Source: Methanobacteriota archaeon
GTDB lineage: Archaea; Thermoplasmatota; Thermoplasmata; SG8-5; DAIRED01
Length of the DNA stretch: 64,000 bases
Direction of reading: 5' to 3'
NCBI GenBank assembly: GCA_043799545.1
Contig: JAZDNO010000019.1
Location: forward strand, 64,001 to 128,000
Below, one piece after another: positions 57,811 to 64,000 of the stretch (position 1 is the first letter of the stretch; every line of letters starts with the position of its first letter). Under the pieces are notes generated by a model that saw only the letters and a list, made by a program, of their open reading frames with translations, had not been told where the DNA came from and did no database searches. The position numbers and the translations under genes are program-made.

Positions 57811-58529
57811 CCGAATCAAAAGCGAAGCCCAAGGTTCCCTATTCGCTGTACGTCGTGTGCCCGGTTTGCGAGGAGGAGACGCTGCACAAGGTGCTGAAGG
57901 GCAAGATGCACTCGAAGGGCCAGGTCGTCAAGGTCGAGGCGACCGTCGAATGCACCGTGTGCGCGAGTGTCCACCGCTCCGGCGTGAAGGAGACGAAGCC
58001 CATCGAGGTCCCGGCGGTCGTGAGCTGGAAGGACGCGTCCGAGCGTATTAAGATGGAGATGGCTCCGGACTACGTGGTATCGGTCGGCGACGTCCTACAC
58101 GAGAAGTTCCCGCTGCTTGTCACCGCCGTGGAGACCAAAGTCCGCAGGGAGAGGCGCGCGCCGGCCAGGGACATCGTCTGCATCTGGGCCAAGCGCTACG
58201 ACAAGGTCATCGTGAAGTTCTCGATAAACCGCGGCCTGAGGGCGACTCCGTACGAGACGGAGGCCTCGCCCGACGAGGAGTTCTCGGTGAAGAGCGTCAT
58301 AGACCTGGGGAACGGCCCGATAATAATCACCAGCATCAAGACGAAGGACACCATCAGGGACTGGGGGAGCGCCCCCGCGTCCGAAATCGTGCGCATCTAC
58401 GGCAGGCCGTTCCGCGATTCTATTCGCGGCGATAGAGAGCGACTCCCGCCACGCAGACAAGAACGACGGCCGCCATCGCGGACGCAATCTCGTCAAGGCC
58501 AAAGGGGCTCCCGGCGGGCTCGAAGGTGA
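57807..58529 (+). CDS. archaeal HVO_0476-like zinc finger protein
   Basis: CPVCEEETLHKVLK...VECTVCASVH, SAPASEIVRIY and an Arg-rich tail; ATGA overlap with pyrF. Confidence 0.8.
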   Translation: MTESKAKPKVPYSLYVVCPVCEEETLHKVLKGKMHSKGQVVKVEATVECTVCASVHRSGVKETKPIEVPAVVSWKDASERIKMEMAPDYVVSVGDVLHEKFPLLVTAVETKVRRERRAPARDIVCIWAKRYDKVIVKFSINRGLRATPYETEASPDEEFSVKSVIDLGNGPIIITSIKTKDTIRDWGSAPASEIVRIYGRPFRDSIRGDRERLPPRRQERRPPSRTQSRQGQRGSRRARR

Positions 58530-59490
58530 TTGTGGTTTCCCCGCTCGTCCCGGGAACGTACACGTGGACCTGCAGCCAGTCCCCGTCCGCAGCCACGAAG
58601 TATTTTGGCTTGGAGCCCGTTTCGTAAAGGATAGAGGCGAGGCTGTCCGAGACCTTGGCCTTCGAGCCCCCGACCTCCACGCGCATGTCCCCCGCGTTCA
58701 GCTTCGGAAGCACCGTGCGGTCGACGTTGATGATGACGACCTTGCCGGAGGATATGGAGCCGGAAACCGAGGCAGTGTATGTGTCGTTGGTAGTCACGAT
58801 GGTCCCAATCCCCACATCGGAGAAGGCGATGGTGTCCTCCATGATATTGCTGGCAGACGACGTTGCGAAGACCTCGCCGGCCACCCTTCCCTGGGCGATG
58901 CTGCTTGCAACGAAGGAGTCCTGGCCCGGGTTCGCCCGGAAGAGTATGCGCGAGCCCTCTTCGACGGTTGCCAGGATTCCACCTGGTAACGCTGCCAGGG
59001 TCCCCGGTCCCGCTAGGAAAAGGGTGGAGCTGACGCGCCCGTTGCCAACGACGACCCCGCTTTCGCTGCTCGCCAGCGCGCTCATGCCCACGGGCAGGTC
59101 GAAGAAGGCTGCGTTCGCTCCAGAAAATGTGAATTCGATTGCGCCAGTGGGTATCCGGTGTATCACGAACTGCACGTCTGTTCCCATGTACGAAGCTGAC
59201 GTCTCGCCGTCTGTTGGCTGCCGGTCGTTGATGAAATTGGCGAATCCGATGCGCTCGAACACGATTTCAAGCTTGTCCGCGAACTTCACGGAGTAGTCCT
59301 CCAGTACGAATTTAAAGTTGCCGTTGCCAGTCGTCGCGATGGGGGCGTCCATGTCGAGGGTGTAGTTCGAGTAGCTTCGCGAGAAGAGCGTGTTTCCCGG
59401 AGGGGCGGCGCTGCGCGCGAAGAGGGGGAACATAGCGCTAGCTGGGATGAGAATCAGCAGTGCGGTCGCGATGGCAGCGATTTTGTTCAT
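58420..59490 (-). CDS. secreted protein with C-terminal sorting-like anchor
   Basis: Signal peptide MNKIAAIATALLILIP, beta-rich body and end GSPFGLDEIASAMAAVVLVCVAGVALYRRE. Confidence 0.75.
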   Translation of the reverse strand: MNKIAAIATALLILIPASAMFPLFARSAAPPGNTLFSRSYSNYTLDMDAPIATTGNGNFKFVLEDYSVKFADKLEIVFERIGFANFINDRQPTDGETSASYMGTDVQFVIHRIPTGAIEFTFSGANAAFFDLPVGMSALASSESGVVVGNGRVSSTLFLAGPGTLAALPGGILATVEEGSRILFRANPGQDSFVASSIAQGRVAGEVFATSSASNIMEDTIAFSDVGIGTIVTTNDTYTASVSGSISSGKVVIINVDRTVLPKLNAGDMRVEVGGSKAKVSDSLASILYETGSKPKYFVAADGDWLQVHVYVPGTSGETTITFEPAGSPFGLDEIASAMAAVVLVCVAGVALYRRE

Positions 59491-59535
59491 CTCCGCTTCT
59501 CCTTTTTGTGAAAAAAGCTAGAATGGAGGAGGCTC

Positions 59536-59557
59536 CCCCGGCCCTTTCGGACCGGGG
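59536..59557 (-). promoter_or_regulatory. GAAA-tetraloop hairpin in the upstream/leader region
   Basis: Minus strand CCCCGGUCC-GAAA-GGGCCGGGG (9 bp including one G-U), followed by CCUCCUCC and a U-tract before the RBS. Confidence 0.45.
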
Positions 59558-59650
59558 TCTCTATTACGTGGGCATAATAATAGATTTAGCCTCTGTGACA
59601 AATATGCACGGGGGTATTAATATCTCATTTGGTACAAGCGTCGAACTGAA

Positions 59651-60274
59651 CTAGGCCGCGGTAGCGCCGAAAAGCATGGCGATCGCGATGCAGAGCCCTG
59701 CCGTGATTACCCCGACCAGCAGCATCCTAGCTCCGTACTTGGCCATGCTCTCGTCGCTTATTTTGGCAAGATACATCCCAAGTCCGACGAGTACAGCGAG
59801 GGTAAGCCCGACTGAGGCGTAGAAAGCCACTAGGGGGCTAACAAGCCCGAAATGCTCCGCGAAGAATGGCGATATGACGCATATCGCTGCCAGCGCGGGC
59901 GAGAGCCCGTCCACGATGGCCACCACCGTCGTTGCGAAATCGTGCGCCTCCTCGTGTATCGTGTCTCGCATCGGCCTGAGCATCGCGCGCTCGAGCTCCT
60001 TTAGGCGCTTCTTCCGCTCCGCGCTCTCGGTCATGTAGGCGCCAGAAACCCCCGAAATCCCCATGGCCAATGCACCGGCGACTCCGGCCGCGATGATGAT
60101 CTGCGGGTCCTCGATGCCAGATAAATATGAACCGATGACGACCCCCAGCATGGTCAGAGCCCCGTCGAATGCGTTCATCACGAAGTAGCGCCTCGCGACC
60201 TCGCCGACCTCCGCCACCTTCCAATACAGGCGCCAGCGCGCTAAAACCTTCTTCAAGCCACTGCCATCAGCCAT
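59651..60274 (-). CDS. VIT1/CCC1-family transporter
   Basis: RRYFVMNAFDGALTMLG, AMGISGVSGAYMTESAE, DGLSP; 5 TM helices. Confidence 0.85.
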   Translation of the reverse strand: MADGSGLKKVLARWRLYWKVAEVGEVARRYFVMNAFDGALTMLGVVIGSYLSGIEDPQIIIAAGVAGALAMGISGVSGAYMTESAERKKRLKELERAMLRPMRDTIHEEAHDFATTVVAIVDGLSPALAAICVISPFFAEHFGLVSPLVAFYASVGLTLAVLVGLGMYLAKISDESMAKYGARMLLVGVITAGLCIAIAMLFGATAA

Positions 60275-60420
60275 TTATATATTTGCTCCGCCCATTCATA
60301 ATGCCGACCTGGAGAAAAAGCTTTCGGCCTTGGGGGATAGTGCCAGCGCCAGCACTTTTCGGGTTGAATCGCCAGGCGAATCTCGCTCTACCAACGGCTT
60401 CGGCCAGATTTGCCCATTTG

Positions 60421-60786
60421 TTAATGGCACCCATGGCCCGCACAGGCCATGTCCGGTTTGAGCTCGACCAGCTTGCCAGCCTTGAAATTGGCCGCTGCGG
60501 AGTCGACGGTTTCGCCATCCAGCAGAAAAACCTTGATGCCTGCCTGGTTGAACATATCGATAGCCCTGCGACCCATGCCACCGGTAACGACCGCTCCGAC
60601 ACCCTCGCCAGAGATGGCGGCGACTGGCTGGCATGCACCGTGCTCGTGGTGCTCGTTGGTGTTCTGCACCATCTTCAACTTGCCGGATTCGACATCGTAA
60701 AACGCGAAAAATGGGGCGCTCCCGAAGTGGCCGTGCACTTTAGAATCCATACCCTTGCTCTCGACTGTCGGCATGCAGATTTTCAT
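60421..60786 (-). CDS. NifB/NifX family (dinitrogenase FeMo-cofactor biosynthesis-like) protein
   Basis: VHGHFGSAPFFAFYD, His-rich EHHEHG, GGMGRRA and C-terminal CAGHGCH. ATG at 60786. Confidence 0.88.
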   Translation of the reverse strand: MKICMPTVESKGMDSKVHGHFGSAPFFAFYDVESGKLKMVQNTNEHHEHGACQPVAAISGEGVGAVVTGGMGRRAIDMFNQAGIKVFLLDGETVDSAAANFKAGKLVELKPDMACAGHGCH

Positions 60787-60896
60787 GTTGTCGCTCCAAT
60801 CCGGCAAAAGGCGTCATATCTTATTTAACTTGCGATGTAAAAACGAACCTCGCCCAGATGTCTATAAATGGGGCGGGTAATAACTGCCTCTCAGAG

Positions 60897-62819
60897 CTAA
60901 AGCACGGGAGCCAGCACCCTTGCCAGAATTCCCCCGAGCGCTAAGGCCAGACCCACTTCGGCCAGCGAGATGGCTGCGGCCCACTTCAACCCGAGGTCCT
61001 TGTATATGACTGCAATGGTGGAGATGCACGGAATATATACCATTATGACGAAGCTGAAGATGAAAATCTGGAGCGGGGTCATCACCGTGGCGAAAGCTGT
61101 GGTCCCAGCTACAGCCGAGAGGAAGACGAGCGCCGCCTCCTTGCGCAGGATACCGACGATGAGGAGTATGCCTGTGAAGGCCGGAAGTCCCAGCCAAGCG
61201 ACTGTGACAGGGCTCATCACGTCCGCTATGGAACCCAGGTATCCAGCAATGCGCAAACCCTCGATCACGACGCTGCCCGCGACGATTAGTGGGACCGCCA
61301 TTGTCAGGAACGGCCTGAATTTAGCCCATGCCTGGCTGGCGACGATCGACGCCTTGGGCATCCTGAACGATGGAATCTCCATTATCATGCCAGGCGAGCT
61401 GCCCGGCATGAGCCAGTTGAGGAACCTCCCGACGCCAAGGATGATGAGGAAATCCAGGGCATACAGGAATATGGCCCACTCGACGCCAAGGTACATGCCG
61501 ACGAGACCCAGCACGACCGCCGTCCGCGCCGAGCAGGGTACCAGGGACGAGAGGAACGTTGTGATTATCCTGTCGCGCCTGTTCTCGATGATGCGGCAGC
61601 CTGCGCATGCCGGGACGTTGCAGCCGAACCCCAGCATCAGCGGCATGCAGGCCTTGCCGTGCAAACCGACGATGTGGCAGGGGCGGTCCATGAGGTAGCC
61701 GATGCGCGGCAGGTAGCCCACGTCTTCCAGAAAGCCCAGCAGGAGATAGAACGGCAGGAGGAATCCCAGCGCCACGCCCAAAGCCGAATACAGCCCGACG
61801 ATGCCGCCGCTCCAAGCCAGCTCCCCAGCCCATCCGGCCCATCCGGGGTTCATCCCCTCGAAAAGCGCCGCGAGCCCGTCTGAAGCCCACCCGCCGACGA
61901 TGGATATGCTGGCGATTATCGCCGCCATGATGACGAATAGCCAGATATAGCCCCAGAAACCGTGCATGAGCGTTCTGTCGATTTTGTCCGCCAGAGGCTG
62001 GGAGCGGACTGGCGCGAACGACTGCGCCTCATTTGCCATCGACGCGGCGAGGGCGTACCTCTCGGAGGCGATAACGACGCCCGCAGGCTCGCCGTGAATG
62101 CGCTCCAGCTCCGCAGCTGCCTCATCGTAAGCTCGATTCTCAATCTCGGAGAGGCCGAACTCCGCCCCTTCCAGCAGCGATACGGCCATCCGTCTCGCAT
62201 CCTCTGCCCGCTCGGGTCGCAGCACCTCCTCCAGGCGGGATATCCTTGCCTCGACCTCTGGTCCGTATCGTGGTCGGGCAGACACCTTGACGGACCCGCC
62301 GATTGCATTGTCCACGAGCTCGTGCAGACCGACCCCCGATGTGGCCGCCACCTTGACAACGGGAACCCCGAGCCTCCTCGACAGCGCCTCCGCATCGATT
62401 GTGAGCCCTTTGGCCGAGGCGGCGTCCGTCATGTTCGCCGCGAGCACGACTGGCACGCCCATTTCGATCAACTGGATTGTAAGGAAAAGGTTGCGCTCCA
62501 GCGCCGTCGAATCGACGACGTTGATGATGACGTCCGGCCTCTCGGCCAGTATGTAGTCCCGCGTCACAGACTCCTCGGCCGATCCGCTCGAGAGCGAGTA
62601 CGTGCCTGGCAAGTCGACGACGCGCACAAGCCTGCCGTCGTGGTTCAGAACCCCCTCGGCCATCTCCACTGTCTTGCCGCCCCAATTGCCGACGGCTTGC
62701 TCCGAGCCCGTGAGCTGGTTGTAGATTGCGCTCTTGCCCACATTGGCATTGCCCACGAGGGCGACGGTCAGGTCGCAGCCTTGGCCGTTCCCCTTAATAA
62801 TGGGGCGACCGTGGCCCAT
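60897..62819 (-). CDS. feoB: ferrous iron transport protein B
   Basis: G1 GNANVGKS, G2 NWGGKTVE, G3 DLPGTYSL, G4 NMTD; EDVGYLPR, GFGCNVPA, PCSAR, EIPSFRMP, YIPCIST. Confidence 0.96.
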   Translation of the reverse strand: MGHGRPIIKGNGQGCDLTVALVGNANVGKSAIYNQLTGSEQAVGNWGGKTVEMAEGVLNHDGRLVRVVDLPGTYSLSSGSAEESVTRDYILAERPDVIINVVDSTALERNLFLTIQLIEMGVPVVLAANMTDAASAKGLTIDAEALSRRLGVPVVKVAATSGVGLHELVDNAIGGSVKVSARPRYGPEVEARISRLEEVLRPERAEDARRMAVSLLEGAEFGLSEIENRAYDEAAAELERIHGEPAGVVIASERYALAASMANEAQSFAPVRSQPLADKIDRTLMHGFWGYIWLFVIMAAIIASISIVGGWASDGLAALFEGMNPGWAGWAGELAWSGGIVGLYSALGVALGFLLPFYLLLGFLEDVGYLPRIGYLMDRPCHIVGLHGKACMPLMLGFGCNVPACAGCRIIENRRDRIITTFLSSLVPCSARTAVVLGLVGMYLGVEWAIFLYALDFLIILGVGRFLNWLMPGSSPGMIMEIPSFRMPKASIVASQAWAKFRPFLTMAVPLIVAGSVVIEGLRIAGYLGSIADVMSPVTVAWLGLPAFTGILLIVGILRKEAALVFLSAVAGTTAFATVMTPLQIFIFSFVIMVYIPCISTIAVIYKDLGLKWAAAISLAEVGLALALGGILARVLAPVL

Positions 62820-62820
62820 C

Positions 62821-63489
62821 TCACGCCCCCGGCCTCACGAATATCTTGGCGGCGATTCCAGCACCTATGGCCAGACATGAGCCCCTCACAAGCACTTCGG
62901 CCGGCCCGTGCATTGGAGCAGCCCGGACAAGGGAGACCTCAGCCCCGGGGGTCAGTCCCATCTCCATCAGCTTATTACATACTTGCTTCCCGCCGTGTAT
63001 ATGGGCGATTTTCGCCTTTTGACCGGGTTTCAACGAGGTCAGGGGAACCGCACCAGCCATGCAGGCGCCACAGGCCTTCGCGTCCATGCCGCAAGAGGGG
63101 ATTGGCTCGCCGTCCGGGCACTCGGTCGGTGCCCCGAGCATCTTGCATAGAGCCGCTTCGACGTCGTCCGATAGCGAGTGTTCCATCCTGCAGGCTTCAT
63201 CGTGGACCTTGCGCCCCCTTAGCCCCAGCTTCCTTGTGAGGAAGACCTCCAGCAGGCGGTGCTTGCGCTTGACGCTCATCGCGCGGGCCAGGCCGGCCTT
63301 CGTGAGCGATGCCCCCTTGTATGCCTCGTAGAGCACGAGCCCCTCGCGACACATGCGCTGAAGCGCCTCCGTCGCGCTCGCCGGGGCGACATTCAGCCTC
63401 GCGGCCAGGTCGCCGGTCTTGACGGGCTTTCCGTCCTTCGAGAGGTCCAGGATGGCCTCCAGGTACTCGTCGACGTTCTCTTTCGGCAT
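62821..63489 (-). CDS. DtxR/IdeR/MntR-family metal-dependent repressor with C-terminal FeoA domain
   Basis: VDEYLEAI, HTH, KHRLLEVFL, EACRMEH, CPDGEPIP and FeoA-like KLMEMGLTPG. Confidence 0.92.
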   Translation of the reverse strand: MPKENVDEYLEAILDLSKDGKPVKTGDLAARLNVAPASATEALQRMCREGLVLYEAYKGASLTKAGLARAMSVKRKHRLLEVFLTRKLGLRGRKVHDEACRMEHSLSDDVEAALCKMLGAPTECPDGEPIPSCGMDAKACGACMAGAVPLTSLKPGQKAKIAHIHGGKQVCNKLMEMGLTPGAEVSLVRAAPMHGPAEVLVRGSCLAIGAGIAAKIFVRPGA

Positions 63490-63502
63490 GTTCTCAGGGA
63501 TG

Positions 63503-63518
63503 TTTAGGGCGACCTAAA
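63503..63518. promoter_or_regulatory. DtxR-type operator TTTAGG-GCGA-CCTAAA adjacent to the TATA box
   Basis: Perfect 6-4-6 inverted repeat with TTAGG/CCTAA half-sites; minus-strand TATA TTTTATAT at about 63526-63519. Confidence 0.8.
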
Positions 63519-63576
63519 ATATAAAACCTTCGGCGGAACTCAGTCGCAGACGCGCTTGGGATTGTGAATGCTTGGC

Positions 63577-64000
63577 TCATTCATCCCCGTCCGCTTCATC
63601 GCTGGCGCAGCCGCCGCAATCGCAGTCGTCGCCGTGCTCGCCAGCCGCTTCAAGCGAATCCCCATCGTCCGCCTTATTCTCACAGGATTTCTTCGGGAAG
63701 AAGTACGACGCCACGATGATGAGCACACCCGCCACTATCGCCACCATGGGTCCAATTCCCAGCGACGCCGACACGTAGTCCTGGGTCATCTGAGGCATTA
63801 TCACAACCGCGACCGCCATGGCGGCCCCCATCGAGAGGCCGGTCGTCCCGAAAATCCTCACGAACCTTTTACCCATCAGGCCGACGACTATGGCCAGGAT
63901 GCCGAAAACGACAGTTATCCACATGAAGACGGTCATCAGGAGGCCGACCGTTTTAATCGTGTCCTTGTAGCTCGCGACCTCGTTCAGCCCGGAAACCTCG
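63577..64000 (-). CDS. membrane protein, 5' truncated by the window edge, with an acidic Cys-containing tail
   Basis: Frame stays open to the window end (EVSGLNEVASYKDTIKTVGLLMTVFMW...); 3 TM helices; tail GEHGDDCDCGGC. Confidence 0.7.
   Translation of the reverse strand, partial: EVSGLNEVASYKDTIKTVGLLMTVFMWITVVFGILAIVVGLMGKRFVRIFGTTGLSMGAAMAVAVVIMPQMTQDYVSASLGIGPMVAIVAGVLIIVASYFFPKKSCENKADDGDSLEAAGEHGDDCDCGGCASDEADGDE

Noticed and set aside
60421-60786. NifX-like gene plus homocitrate-synthase-like gene as evidence of nitrogen fixation
   Set aside because: No nifH/D/K/E/N in the window; both families are widespread outside diazotrophs.

Overview
Chromosomal segment of a GC-rich archaeon, most consistent with an uncultured Thermoplasmatota lineage (inferred from DP1, Csl4, L15e, Bud32, archaeosortase and archaeal BRE/TATA promoters). 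It holds about 60 tightly packed CDSs, one tRNA-Pro(TGG) and a structured rpl15e leader. No CRISPR array, transposase or integrase was recognised. Housekeeping genes (polD small subunit, csl4, METTL5, coaD, rdgB, bud32, rpl15e, asnS, pyrF) alternate with amino-acid catabolism genes (hutU, methylcrotonyl-CoA carboxylase/LiuC cluster, malic enzyme, paaK-like ligase), iron and redox genes (dtxR-feoA, feoB, VIT1, short HCP, DUF362) and many surface proteins. Several visibly AT-richer islets stand out: 12.8-14.25 kb beside the tRNA, 26.4-29.3 kb, 39.0-40.7 kb, an internal block of the 1169-aa surface gene, and 56.5-57.1 kb. The best candidate for an undescribed system is the three-gene, overlap-coupled islet at 26.5-29.2 kb. 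It encodes a TIGR04222-like membrane protein ending in a Gly/Cys tail (GCGGAGCGGGGCGGGCGGCGG), a radical SAM/SPASM enzyme and a Pol-beta-like nucleotidyltransferase, suggesting RiPP-like modification of a membrane-anchored substrate. Other notable items are a STAND-like ATPase-TPR protein with an inserted longin/roadblock-like domain, an archaeal pentameric ligand-gated channel, C4HC3 RING-like domains, SHOCT-like paired regulators, an interrupted Psp/Ydj-like envelope-stress cluster, a tRNA-derived hairpin and three small ORFs missed by the ORF track. All family assignments come from motifs read by eye; no database search was run.
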